Origin: an uncultured Syntrophaceae bacterium | GTDB lineage: Bacteria; Desulfobacterota; BSN033; UBA1163 | Direction: 5' to 3' | DNA: 64,000 nucleotides | Assembly: GCA_964390545.1 (NCBI GenBank) | Contig: CAYMJV010000001.1 | Location: 30,282-94,281, forward strand | Shown: piece by piece, positions 1 through 9,666 of the stretch | Layout: every line of letters begins with the position of its first letter | Position numbering within the stretch: the first letter of the stretch is position 1 | The notes under the pieces: model-generated | Told to the model about the DNA's origin: nothing | What the model saw: the letters and a program-made list of their open reading frames with translations, nothing else | Databases searched by the model: none | Position numbers and translations under genes: made by a program

Positions 1-711
1 AAGAAACCGCTGGATGACATCCGAATCAGGCAAGCCATCTGTCATGCCATCAATATCGATGAGGTGATGAAATTTCTGGGACCCGATGTGACCGAAAAGC
101 TTGTCTCCCCCATCCCAATAAATTACCTGGGCGGAACAGACAAAGTCCCCAGATATGAATTCAACCCGGAGAAGGCGAAAAAACTTATGGCAGACGCTGG
201 ATATCCTAAGGGGTTCGAAATGTCCATGGTGATCACAGAGATGTCGGATTACCGTCGACCCATGGAACAAGTTCAGGAGCAACTCCGAAGGGTCGGGATC
301 AACTTAAAAATGGACGTCATTGCCCATTCCGCCTTCCACGACCAGATCCGGAAGGATGTCAATCCTCTGGTTCTCTATGTCTGTGCCCGCTTTCCAACCG
401 CAGACCCCATGCTCACCCAGTTCTATTATTCTAAGTCGATCGTCGGAACACCCACAGCGATCACCAATTTCTCCCACTATAATAAGATTGACGATTTGAT
501 TGAAAAGGCAAGGGTTGAAATCGATTCGAAAAAACAGAAGGCTCTCTGGGCAGAGGCGCAGAGGAAGATCATTGAAGATGCGGTCGCTCTTCCCCTCTGT
601 ATCACCAAGTTCGTCTTTGCAAGGAAGACCTATGCGGACCTTGGATACGAGATGAGATCCACATTGACCTTGGTCACCACCATCAAAGAGACGACAGACG
701 TTCGTAAATAA
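1..711 (+). CDS. ABC transporter substrate-binding protein, family 5 (Dpp/Opp/Nik-like), C-terminal part; gene starts upstream of window
   Basis: Open frame runs from base 1 in the same frame as ORF 64..711. The translation has the SBP_bac_5 C-terminal character. Two Dpp-type permease genes follow. Confidence 0.75.
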   Translation, partial: KKPLDDIRIRQAICHAINIDEVMKFLGPDVTEKLVSPIPINYLGGTDKVPRYEFNPEKAKKLMADAGYPKGFEMSMVITEMSDYRRPMEQVQEQLRRVGINLKMDVIAHSAFHDQIRKDVNPLVLYVCARFPTADPMLTQFYYSKSIVGTPTAITNFSHYNKIDDLIEKARVEIDSKKQKALWAEAQRKIIEDAVALPLCITKFVFARKTYADLGYEMRSTLTLVTTIKETTDVRK

Positions 712-783
712 TCAGTCTAAGCGTATCCAACGGGGCACCTCTCGAGAAATGGGGTGCCCCGTAACTATTTTTGGGAAAGAAGG

Positions 784-1725
784 ATGCTCAAGTACGCTAT
801 CCGCAGAATGATCTTTGTCCTCCCCACCCTTTGGGCAGTAGTCACTTTTGTCTTCTTCCTGATTCGTATCGTTCCAGGTGGTCCTGCTGTGGCAGCTCTC
901 GGATCGTACGCTACTGAAGAATCGATACGAGAACTTGAAAAACAGATGGGGCTCAATAGGCCAATTCTTATCCAATATGGCACCTTCCTAAAGGACCTGT
1001 GCCAAGGAGATCTGGGAAAATCTTTAATTACAAGAAGACCAATTTCTTCCGAGATTGTCAGAGCCTTGCCCTATACATTGGATCTGGCCATTGGAGGAAT
1101 GATTATCGGAATTCTTTTTGGAATCCCAACAGGCATCATCACCGCATTAAGGAGAAATCGTCCTCCAGACTATATTGGTAGAATTCTCTCCCTGGTAGGC
1201 ATCTCCATGCCGGAGTTTTACCTTGGTATCTTACTGATGTATATTCTTGCCATCAAACTCCCTCTCTTTCCCGTTTTGGGAGGGGGAGATCTCAGCAATC
1301 TGAGTAGCCGGCTGTATCATCTGTTTCTTCCAGCTCTTACCCTAGGGATCATCATGACAGCTTTTATCAGTCGAATGGTGCGCTCCTCCATGTTGAATGT
1401 GCTCAGAGAAGATTACGTGAGAACTGCCAGGGCAAAAGGGCTTCATGAGAGGGTGGTGATTTACAAGCATGCACTCCGAAATGCCCTCATTCCCACGGTG
1501 ACCGTGATTGGAATCTATATGAGTATTTTAATGGGCGGGTCGGTTCTGACAGAGATCATCTTCAGCCGTCCTGGACTGGGAAAGATGATGGTCTTTGCAG
1601 TGAAAGACCGCGATTACATCGCCCTCCAATCCGTAATCATCATCTTTTCGGCCTTCGTCTTTATTTTTAACCTTATCACCGACTTGCTTTATAGCATCAT
1701 CGATCCGAGGATCGAATATCATTAA
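784..1725 (+). CDS. ABC transporter permease, DppB/OppB-like
   Basis: N-terminus MLKYAIRRMIFVLPTLWAVVTFVFFLIRIVPGGP is typical of DppB. RBS GAAAGAAGG lies before the ATG at 784. Binding-protein-dependent transport signature present. Confidence 0.85.
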   Translation: MLKYAIRRMIFVLPTLWAVVTFVFFLIRIVPGGPAVAALGSYATEESIRELEKQMGLNRPILIQYGTFLKDLCQGDLGKSLITRRPISSEIVRALPYTLDLAIGGMIIGILFGIPTGIITALRRNRPPDYIGRILSLVGISMPEFYLGILLMYILAIKLPLFPVLGGGDLSNLSSRLYHLFLPALTLGIIMTAFISRMVRSSMLNVLREDYVRTARAKGLHERVVIYKHALRNALIPTVTVIGIYMSILMGGSVLTEIIFSRPGLGKMMVFAVKDRDYIALQSVIIIFSAFVFIFNLITDLLYSIIDPRIEYH

Positions 1726-1733
1726 ATAGTGCC

Positions 1734-2582
1734 ATGGCAACAATTAGCCAAAGAGCCATTCTTCTCAGGACCTTTAAAACTAATAAGACCTCTGTGGTCG
1801 GATTGATCTTGGCTTTTTGTGTTGTCATGATTGCTCTGACTGCTTCTTGGATTTCTCCTTATGACCCCATTTCACAGGACATGGATATTCAGCATGCCCC
1901 TCCAAGCTGGGCACATCCTTTTGGCGCAGATAGTTATGGACGGGATCAGCTTTCAAGAATCCTCTGGGGCTCTCGTGTTTCCCTTGTGGTGGGCATCCTC
2001 TCTGTCCTTTTCGCCATGGCAGCAGGCATTCCCCTTGGGATGATCGGAGGCTATAAAGGAGGGAGGATTGACAACCTCGTTCTCCGTTTTATTGACATCT
2101 TCATGTCATTCCCCATTGTGATCCTGGGACTTCTGGTCTTGGCCATCATGGGTCCAGGTCTGATCAAGATCGTCATTGCCATCGGTGTTGCCCTCACACC
2201 CCGGATCGCACGTTTGGCTCGTGGATCAACCCTTTCTATTAAGGGGAAAGAGTTCATAGAGGCAGCTCGAGCCGTGGGCCAAAACGATACTAAGATTATG
2301 ATCATTCATGTCCTGCCCAATATTTCTGGAGAAATCTTGGTGATGGGAACCCTCTGGATTGCTACGGCCATCATCGTTGAAGCAAGCCTCAGCTTTATTG
2401 GACTAGGTGTCCGACCTCCAACCCCCAGTTGGGGAGCTATGATCCGTGACGGTCTGGATCAGCTCACCAATGCTCCATGGCTTTCCATCTTTCCTGGCCT
2501 TGCCATCTTCATCTCTGTCTTCTCATTCAACCTCATCGCTGACGGCCTTCGCGATATTTCGGATCCAAAATTGAGAGGCTAA
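1734..2582 (+). CDS. ABC transporter permease, DppC/OppC-like
   Basis: Translation has OppC-type N-terminal and EAA-loop motifs (WAHPFGADSYGRDQLSRILWGSR; EAARAVGQ) and sits in tandem with the DppB-like gene. Confidence 0.85.
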   Translation: MATISQRAILLRTFKTNKTSVVGLILAFCVVMIALTASWISPYDPISQDMDIQHAPPSWAHPFGADSYGRDQLSRILWGSRVSLVVGILSVLFAMAAGIPLGMIGGYKGGRIDNLVLRFIDIFMSFPIVILGLLVLAIMGPGLIKIVIAIGVALTPRIARLARGSTLSIKGKEFIEAARAVGQNDTKIMIIHVLPNISGEILVMGTLWIATAIIVEASLSFIGLGVRPPTPSWGAMIRDGLDQLTNAPWLSIFPGLAIFISVFSFNLIADGLRDISDPKLRG

Positions 2583-2754
2583 TAATTGCCCGAAGTCCCG
2601 CCTTGCGGGATTAGCCCGGAGTTCTTAGCAATAAATCGTTACAAATTGATTTAGGTCATAACCTAGTTCAATGGATTTCTTGACAAGCCGGCGACTAGTT
2701 TATGTAATCCTATAAAATTGTCATGACTTTTTTATAGTCATATGAAAATGATTT

Positions 2755-3060
2755 ATGCGCTATCTTACCCCTGAAATTAATCGATTTTTTGTTGAAGAGG
2801 CCAAGATGGCCTTCATTGCCGGCCCGAGGCAAGTAGGCAAAACAACGCTGGCCAAGCATCTCCTATCTCAAGTCGGGATGGAGGCGTTTTATTTCATGAG
2901 TTTCTGCTCGCGCCGAGATGACAGGGCGAATGGCAAAGCCCACGAGAGATGGTTGGATTTTGGAATGCGCCTGCCTGCCGCAGGCAGGGATTGCGGAATT
3001 CGAAGTTCGGTGCAATTAAGCCTTGACCTCGGAAAATACCCCTTATTTCGCCATTCTTAA
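2755..3060 (+). pseudogene. Remnant of an AAA+ ATPase (COG1373/DUF4143-type), N-terminal ~55 aa only
   Basis: Walker A AGPRQVGKTTLAK after a short N-terminus. Homology is lost after about residue 55, at the GC-rich palindrome at 2970-2988. Full-length family members are about 400 aa. Confidence 0.4.
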
Positions 3061-3212
3061 CTTTCTTAATTGAAAAGGAGATTCCAGTTTCAAGAAAGAA
3101 TTAAGGGAAGTTCTCGGAGATTACTTCCTGAAATTCACAACCGGCCATTTTAGGGAAGCATGCTTGATTTGAAACGGTAATCCTCAATGATCTTTATAAA
3201 ATGCCAGTAATA

Positions 3213-3349
3213 CCCCGACCGAAAGGTCGGGGATGTAAGGGCTGTCCACCGAAGGTGGACAAAGAAATCTGTTAAGAAATGATAAGGTAACCAAAGGTTA
3301 CAAGGTTCGTTTTTTAAATTCCCAAAATGCCCTGATCGGAAGATCAGGG
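3213..3349. repeat. Array of four short GC-stem hairpins with purine loops (ccccgacc-GAAA-ggtcgggg; gtccacc-GAA-ggtggac; ggtaacc-AAA-ggttac; ccctgatc-GGAA-gatcaggg) in the leader of the amino-acid ABC operon
   Basis: Inverted repeats read directly at 3213-3232, 3244-3260, 3286-3302 and 3330-3349. Confidence 0.6.
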
Positions 3350-3435
3350 TACTCTCTTGACATTCAACTTCCGTTTTAATATATTCAACTCATCACAAAG
3401 CAAGTTCTTATGATTGATTAAAAAGGAGGAATACG

Positions 3436-4335
3436 ATGAAAAAGTTTTTTTTCACAGCGTTAGCGGTTGTTTGGATGCTTTCTTTCATTGCTGGACCAAC
3501 CCTGGCTGACCAGACCATGGATCAGATCGAGAAGACCGGAAAGATCAAAATAGGTTTCAGGGAGGATTCTATCCCCTTTGCTTTCATAGACCCGAGGGTG
3601 GGAAAGCAGATAGGTTTCTCCGTGGACATGGCCCAGCTCCTTGCTGAAAACCTCTCCAAACACTTTGGCAAGAAGATCGAGATTGAGCCAGTTACCATTA
3701 CCACAAAGACCCGTATCCCCATGATCACCAACGGAACTATTGATGTGGAGATGGGATCCACGACATACACGCAGGAACGGGAAGATGTGGTGGACTTCAG
3801 CCTGACTTTCTTCTTCTCCGAGACGGCCTTTCTTGTACCCAAGAATAGTCCTATCAAGACCAAAAAAGATCTGACCGGTAAACGGCTGGGGGGCGCTCAG
3901 GGAACGACGAACCTCAAAGCCATGGAGGATCAAACCAAGGCCGGAGAGTACAAACCAAAAGAGATCGTCACCGTTGAGGGACATGCCCAAGGATTCCTCA
4001 GTCTCAAAACCGGTAAAATCGATGCTTACGCCACAGATCGAAGCCTTCTGATGGGTCTTGCTTCCAAAGACGAAAATCCGGGCGCCTGGCGGACAACGGA
4101 TTTTGCCATCGCCTATGAGCCTTACGGGTATATGATGCGAGAGGGCAATTCGGATTTCAGGGATTTCGTCAACAATACCATCCTTTCGGCGATCAAGACT
4201 GGTAAATTCTATGAGCTTTATGACAAGTGGATGGGACCCAAAGGACAGACCCCGATTCCCATGTCTCAGGCTTACAAAGACTACCTGAAACTCATTGTCT
4301 ACCCCATGAAGGACGATTGGTGGAAGAAGCAATAA
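3436..4335 (+). CDS. Polar amino acid ABC transporter substrate-binding protein (SBP family 3, GlnH/GltI-like), secreted
   Basis: Signal peptide followed by a family-3 SBP signature (IKIGFREDSIPFAF; GTTNLKAMED; GKIDAYATD). RBS AAAGGAGGA lies before the ATG. Confidence 0.85.
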   Translation: MKKFFFTALAVVWMLSFIAGPTLADQTMDQIEKTGKIKIGFREDSIPFAFIDPRVGKQIGFSVDMAQLLAENLSKHFGKKIEIEPVTITTKTRIPMITNGTIDVEMGSTTYTQEREDVVDFSLTFFFSETAFLVPKNSPIKTKKDLTGKRLGGAQGTTNLKAMEDQTKAGEYKPKEIVTVEGHAQGFLSLKTGKIDAYATDRSLLMGLASKDENPGAWRTTDFAIAYEPYGYMMREGNSDFRDFVNNTILSAIKTGKFYELYDKWMGPKGQTPIPMSQAYKDYLKLIVYPMKDDWWKKQ

Positions 4336-4446
4336 GAACAGTCATCCCAAGACAAGAGGCCGAGCGTTCAGGATGTTTGCCTCAGTCATATGAGGAGACG
4401 CCGGCCTCGACAGACTCTTATGCTGTGGGTGCTCCCCGCTCTTGCG

Positions 4447-4469
4447 AAAAGGCCGGAATCCGGCCTTTT
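4447..4469 (+). terminator. Intra-operon rho-independent-type hairpin (AAAA-GGCCGG-aat-CCGGCC-TTTT) between the binding-protein and permease genes
   Basis: Perfect 6-bp GC stem with a 3-nt loop, flanked by an A-run and a T-run. This is the common attenuator position after SBP genes. Confidence 0.55.
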
Positions 4470-4527
4470 CGCCTTCCCCGGGTATTGAAAGAGGTTTGAT
4501 TGTCAATTGTAAGAGGAATAATAAGGA

Positions 4528-5244
4528 ATGGGACTTGCATATAAGTTTGACTGGAGCGTGCTGTGGCGCGAGCCTTACGGAGAATGGATGCTGCAGGGGA
4601 TATGGCTGACTTTGCAGTTGGGGCTTCTCGCATGGATCATTGCTCTTTTTCTGGGAATCTTTGTCGGCACGATGCGTGCTGCGCCATGGAAGCTGTTGCG
4701 CCGGGTGAGCACGATCTACGTGGAAATCTTTCGGAATGTTCCCTTCATTGTCCAGCTCTTCTTCTGGTTCTATGCCGGTCCCATGATCTTCGGCAAGACC
4801 CTTCAGTTCAAGATCAACGCCATCTCCGGGTTGAATTATTACGCTGCGGTTGTCGGCTTGGGGCTTTACACGGCAAGCCGCGTGGCTGAGCACGTGAGGG
4901 CCGGGTTTGCCTCCATCGGCCAAGGTCAATACCAGGCAGCTCTGTCCACGGGCATGAGTCAGTGGCAGATGTACTGGCACGTCATGATTCCCCATGCGCT
5001 GCGCCTTATCCTTCCACCCCTTACGACGGAATTCCTCACGATCTTCAAGAACTCTTCGGTGGCCATGACCATCGGTGTGGCCGAGACCACTTTCATGAGC
5101 TACAAGATCGATTCGGATACATTCCACGGGTTGGAGGCTACGACGGGAGCCATGTTTGTCTACCTTGTCCTGGGAATGGCGGTGGTAAAGACCATGAGTT
5201 ACATTGAGAAAAAATACCGGATTCATGGACTGGTAGGCAGATAA
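4528..5244 (+). CDS. Amino acid ABC transporter permease (HisM/GltJ family)
   Basis: Multi-TM protein with an EAA-like loop (QYQAALSTGMSQWQ) in the operon. Confidence 0.8.
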   Translation: MGLAYKFDWSVLWREPYGEWMLQGIWLTLQLGLLAWIIALFLGIFVGTMRAAPWKLLRRVSTIYVEIFRNVPFIVQLFFWFYAGPMIFGKTLQFKINAISGLNYYAAVVGLGLYTASRVAEHVRAGFASIGQGQYQAALSTGMSQWQMYWHVMIPHALRLILPPLTTEFLTIFKNSSVAMTIGVAETTFMSYKIDSDTFHGLEATTGAMFVYLVLGMAVVKTMSYIEKKYRIHGLVGR

Positions 5245-5245
5245 T

Positions 5246-5902
5246 TTGTTTGATGCGATCATCAACAACCTTTCCTACCTTTTGAAGGGATTCCTGACAA
5301 ACCTTGAATTGGCGATCTGCGCTCTTGCAGGAGGAATCTTCTTGGGTATCTTGGTGGGTCTGGGGCGGATCTCCAAGAACCGTTGGGTGTATCACAGTGT
5401 AACCCTTTACGTGAACTTTATCCGAAATATCCCCCTCATCCTGGTTATCTTCTGGTTCTACTTTATCATGCCCATCCTAGTCGGTAGGCCCCTGAATCCT
5501 TTCATCTCTGCGGCCATTTCCTTTGTGGTCTTTGAAGCGACCTATTTCGGAGAGATCTGCAGGGCAGGCTTTCAGTCCATCAGCCGTGATCTGGTAAGCG
5601 CTGCTTACTCAACAGCCCTTACTTACACTCAGACAGCTCGTTACATCCTCGTGCCCATCGCCATCCGGCGGATGCTCCCCAGCATGATCACTCAAAGCAT
5701 CATCACCTTTCAGGATACCAGCCTGGCTTATGTCATCGGACTTCAGGAGTTAGTTCGTAGAACCACCATCGTCGACAGTATGGAGGTGCGCTCCATCCAG
5801 CTTTACAGCTTCGTTGCCGCGCTTTTCTTTGTCATCTGTTTTGTCGGTTCTCGCATCAGCCGTTACTATGAGATTAAGAGTCGAGAGGCCAATATCCTAT
5901 GA
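5246..5902 (+). CDS. Amino acid ABC transporter permease (HisQ/GltK family); probable TTG start
   Basis: Multi-TM protein with the [23 protein letters not shown] motif. The start overlaps the upstream stop codon. Confidence 0.75.
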   Translation: MFDAIINNLSYLLKGFLTNLELAICALAGGIFLGILVGLGRISKNRWVYHSVTLYVNFIRNIPLILVIFWFYFIMPILVGRPLNPFISAAISFVVFEATYFGEICRAGFQSISRDLVSAAYSTALTYTQTARYILVPIAIRRMLPSMITQSIITFQDTSLAYVIGLQELVRRTTIVDSMEVRSIQLYSFVAALFFVICFVGSRISRYYEIKSREANIL

Positions 5903-6624
5903 TAGAAATCAAGAACGTGAGCAAGTGGTACGGTGACCTCCAAGTCCTGAACGGCATCAACGAGACCATCGACCGGGGCCAAACCGTAGTCATCTGTGGC
6001 CCCAGCGGTTCCGGAAAGAGTACGCTCCTTCGGTGCATCAACGGCCTGGAGCCTTACCAGAAGGGTGAGATCACCGTGGAGGGTATCTCATTAAGCGACC
6101 CCAAAACGAACCTTTACAAGGTGCGCCGGAAGATCGGCATGGTCTTTCAGAAGTTCGAGCTTTACCCCCATATGACGGTCCTGCACAACATTACCCTGGC
6201 TCCCATGAAGGTACTGAAAAAGTCGAAGAAAGAAGCTGAAAAGAGGGCTATTGCACTTCTTGAACGTGTAGGCATTCCTGAAAAAGCGATGGAATACCCG
6301 GCGAACCTCTCCGGCGGGCAGCAGCAGCGGGTGGCTATTGCCCGCAGCCTAGCTATGGATCCGGGCTACATGCTCTTTGATGAACCCACCTCTGCTTTGG
6401 ACCCTGAAATGATCAAGGAGGTGCTCGATGTCATGATCGACCTGGCCAAAGAAGGGATGACCATGATCGTGGTCACCCACGAGATGGGCTTTGCCCGCGA
6501 AGTGGCCGATGAGATCATCTTTATTGATGAAGGCAAAATCGTCGAAAGGGGAACGGACGAGAGTTTTTTTGCAAACCCCAAGAGCGAACGCACAAAGGCA
6601 TTCCTCAGTCAGATCCTGGTCTGA
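5899..6624 (+). CDS. Amino acid ABC transporter ATP-binding protein (GlnQ family)
   Basis: Walker [13 protein letters not shown] signature LSGGQQQR and Walker [12 protein letters not shown]. Coding sequence overlaps the upstream gene by 4 nt. Confidence 0.9.
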   Translation: MIEIKNVSKWYGDLQVLNGINETIDRGQTVVICGPSGSGKSTLLRCINGLEPYQKGEITVEGISLSDPKTNLYKVRRKIGMVFQKFELYPHMTVLHNITLAPMKVLKKSKKEAEKRAIALLERVGIPEKAMEYPANLSGGQQQRVAIARSLAMDPGYMLFDEPTSALDPEMIKEVLDVMIDLAKEGMTMIVVTHEMGFAREVADEIIFIDEGKIVERGTDESFFANPKSERTKAFLSQILV

Positions 6625-6649
6625 GGCCCGGCTGAAAGGGGAGGGGAAG

Positions 6650-7372
6650 TTGGCAGAGAAGGTCATCGGCATACTCGGCGGCATGGGGCCGGAGGCAACC
6701 TTGGACTGTTTTGAAAAAATCATAAGGAATACCCCGGCCGGAAAGGATCAAGACCATCTGCGGGTCATTATTGATTCAAACTCCAAGGCGCCTGACCGAA
6801 CAGCAGCCATTCTCGGTAAAGGGGCTTCTCCACTGCCGCTGTTGGTTCAAGGATGCAGGACGCTGCAACAGGCGGGCGCCGATTTCATCATCATGCCCTG
6901 TGTGTCGGCTCATTTTTACCAAGAGGAGATGCGACAACAGATAACCCTTCCCTTTGTCTCTATTTTTGACGTTGTGGCCGAGACCATTTCCCATGATCAT
7001 CCGGAAATCAAAGTGGTGGGGTTGCTGGGTACCACCGGTACGGTTCGCAGCGGTCTTTTTCAAAAAAGACTGAGAGAGGATGGAATCGAGACCATTGTTT
7101 GCGAGGATAAGATCCAGGAACGGGTCATGGCCGCCATCTACGATATCAAGAGCAGTCAGGCGGATCGGCCGCGAGAGGCAATTACGGATGATCTTGTTGC
7201 TGCCGCCCAAAGCCTCATCTTCCGGGGAGCCCTGGGGATTGTGGCCGGCTGCACAGAGATTCCTCTTGCTTTGAGTCAACGCGACCTGTCTGTTCCCTAT
7301 TTTGACGTCCTTCTTCTTCTTGCCCGTGCGGCCATCCGCCTGGCCGGAAAAGAGCCTCTTTCTCTGCGATAA
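6650..7372 (+). CDS. Aspartate/glutamate racemase-family protein (aspartate racemase-like); TTG start after GGGAGGGGAAG
   Basis: N-terminal IGILGGMGPEAT motif, a central cysteine (PCVSAH) and a second catalytic region GCTE identify the Asp/Glu racemase family. Confidence 0.7.
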   Translation: MAEKVIGILGGMGPEATLDCFEKIIRNTPAGKDQDHLRVIIDSNSKAPDRTAAILGKGASPLPLLVQGCRTLQQAGADFIIMPCVSAHFYQEEMRQQITLPFVSIFDVVAETISHDHPEIKVVGLLGTTGTVRSGLFQKRLREDGIETIVCEDKIQERVMAAIYDIKSSQADRPREAITDDLVAAAQSLIFRGALGIVAGCTEIPLALSQRDLSVPYFDVLLLLARAAIRLAGKEPLSLR

Positions 7373-7589
7373 AGACCGTGTATTTTCATGAGTTCAATAA
7401 AGAGCAACCGAATCGCGCGCAGCCAGCTGGAAGGGCAAAAGCAGGGTTACGGCTGTGTTCAATCTTGAGAGGACAGGATGTCTATGACTGTCGAACAACT
7501 GGAGTGAGCCTTAAGTTAAGTGTATGAATGACAATATGGTGATGGGCGAAGTGCCTGTCTTATGATTTAGAAGAATGCAAGGAGGAAAA

Positions 7590-8594
7590 ATGGACCTCAG
7601 TCGTTTTCCACGTCGACGTTATACCGAAGGACAAACACCTATTGAAAAACTTTCCCGCTTTTCCAAACAACTGGACGGCCCCACGATTTACATGAAAAGG
7701 GATGATCTTTTGGGACTTGCGGCAGGGGGCAACAAGACCCGCAAGCTGGAGTTTGTGGTTGCAGATGCCATCACAAAAGGCGCTGATACGCTCATCACCT
7801 GTGGAGCAGTCCAGTCCAACCACTGCCGCCTGACTCTTGCCGCAGCCGTCAAGGAGGGGCTCAAGTGCAGGCTGATTCTGGAAGAACGGGTGCCTAAGAG
7901 TTACAATCTTCAGGCCAGCGGCAACAACTTCCTGTTTCAATTGATGGGAGTGGAGAAAATCAAGGTCGTGCCGGGCGGTTCGGATATGATGAAAGAGATG
8001 CAGACTGAGGCCGATGAAGTGGCAGCTGCCGGCCGCAAAGCATATATCATCCCCGGGGGAGCTTCCAATAGCCTCGGCGCTTTGGGATATGTGGCCTGTG
8101 CTGAGGAGATCTTGAATCAGATCTTTGAAAAGGGCCTGAGGATCCACCGCGTGGTCTGTGCCAGCGGCAGTGCAGGGACCCATGCCGGCCTCGTTACGGG
8201 CTTTTGCGGTACCAACAGCAATATCCCGGTGGTCGGAATCAACGTCAGCCGCACCAAGGAAGCTCAGGAAGAACTCGTCTACGGGTTGGTCCAGAAAACC
8301 GCGGAGCATGTCGGTGTTGAGGGAAAGATCCCCAGGGAAGCGGTGCTCTGTTTCGGGGATTACGTTGGAGCGGGGTACTCCCTCCCCACCCCCGGCATGA
8401 CCGAGGCGGTTAAACTGCTGGCACGTACCGAAGCGATCCTGCTGGATCCGGTCTATACCGGCAAGACCATGGCTGGAATGATCGACCTTGTCCGCAAGGG
8501 GTATTTCAAAAAGGACGAAAACATCCTTTTCGTCCACACCGGCGGATCACCGGCCCTTTATGCTTATAGGGAAACCTTTCTGAGCGAAGTTTAA
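7590..8594 (+). CDS. PLP-dependent D-cysteine desulfhydrase / ACC deaminase-family enzyme
   Basis: GGNKTRKLE lysine motif and overall DcyD/ACC-deaminase fold signature. RBS AGGAGG lies 5 nt before the ATG. Confidence 0.75.
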   Translation: MDLSRFPRRRYTEGQTPIEKLSRFSKQLDGPTIYMKRDDLLGLAAGGNKTRKLEFVVADAITKGADTLITCGAVQSNHCRLTLAAAVKEGLKCRLILEERVPKSYNLQASGNNFLFQLMGVEKIKVVPGGSDMMKEMQTEADEVAAAGRKAYIIPGGASNSLGALGYVACAEEILNQIFEKGLRIHRVVCASGSAGTHAGLVTGFCGTNSNIPVVGINVSRTKEAQEELVYGLVQKTAEHVGVEGKIPREAVLCFGDYVGAGYSLPTPGMTEAVKLLARTEAILLDPVYTGKTMAGMIDLVRKGYFKKDENILFVHTGGSPALYAYRETFLSEV

Positions 8595-9137
8595 ACCCAA
8601 CCTCTTCCTAGACCAAAGGGGTCATTGGTAACGATGCACTTCGATTATTCAGATTCTCAGAGAATAGGCAGGAAATGCCTCCCCACCAAACCTCCATCGT
8701 GACGAGGGTTCTTTGGACCCAATCAACTTATCATGGCTGTGGGAGGCAGGGAACACACTACAAAAAGGATTCAATGACCCAGGTGAAACTCAAGTCCTCC
8801 TGCCTCTTCCTCCTGAATGGCTTAACCCATTCATATGCTATTTATAACATACTCGCAGAGTAGGAGGTTAAGTTCGCAACCCCCTTTTTCGAGGACTCCT
8901 TCCTGTAATTTTTGGTTTACATTTTTGTCCCACCATACAATCTTTCAAGTGATAATCCTTGATTCTTGTTGACCTTTTCATTCCAAAGTGGTAGCCTCTT
9001 ATCAAATCATACGACCTTAATCAACCTTCCAATTCAACCTCAACCTTTTGGTATTAGTTATGAAATGGAGTTTTCAGAAGCGGCCACTATGAAACCTTCA
9101 ATACCCCTTGGTGCATTTGGTTAAAAGGAGGATCCTT

Positions 9138-9467
9138 ATGGTAGATAAACTTCATAAGTTGAGGTCGATGCTACTAATAATCATCATTCCCATTTTATTC
9201 TCATGTGCCTCTGCTGAATACTACGACAACCGGGGACTTGATTACTATTTTAAAGGCCAATACGATCAGGCGATCTCTGATTACACCAAGGCTCTTGAGA
9301 TAAATCCGAGGTTTGCTGAGGCCTACAACAATCGGGGGATTGCCTATTTTGAGAAGAGAGAATACGACAAGTCTTCGGAGGATGTGAAAAAGGCACTAGA
9401 TTTAGGTTACCAAGTTCACCCTAAGGTTTTTGAAGAACTTCGTAAGGCTTCAGGAAGGCAAAATTGA
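9138..9467 (+). CDS. Small TPR-repeat lipoprotein
   Basis: Lipobox LFSC after the signal peptide. Two to three TPR units (AISDYTKALEINPRFAEAYNNRGIAYF). RBS AGGAGG before the ATG at 9138. Confidence 0.6.
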   Translation: MVDKLHKLRSMLLIIIIPILFSCASAEYYDNRGLDYYFKGQYDQAISDYTKALEINPRFAEAYNNRGIAYFEKREYDKSSEDVKKALDLGYQVHPKVFEELRKASGRQN

Positions 9468-9666
9468 GGGAAAAGGCATTAACGCTTTCAACCCGCAATC
9501 CTCAAGTTATGATATGGTGTAAATCTGACTCTTTGTAGGTGCTATCAACAACGACGTGAAAGTTCGGAGACATAAAAAAAGTAGGTTAAAGGTTGAGGTT
9601 AAGGCTTAGGCTGAGTCAAGGCTTTTGCTCTTGCCTCCAACCTTCGACCTCTAACCTCTGGCGGGA

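Noticed and set aside
3460-4332. 290-aa minus-strand ORF antisense to the amino-acid SBP gene (also 4342..5268 -, 7560..8537 -, 49367..50137 +, 58273..58998 +, 30599..31129 +, 31427..31933 +)
   Set aside because: Each is a shadow ORF fully embedded opposite a gene with strong family signatures. None has recognisable motifs or an RBS. The GC-rich hemY region in particular generates long spurious ORFs in several frames.
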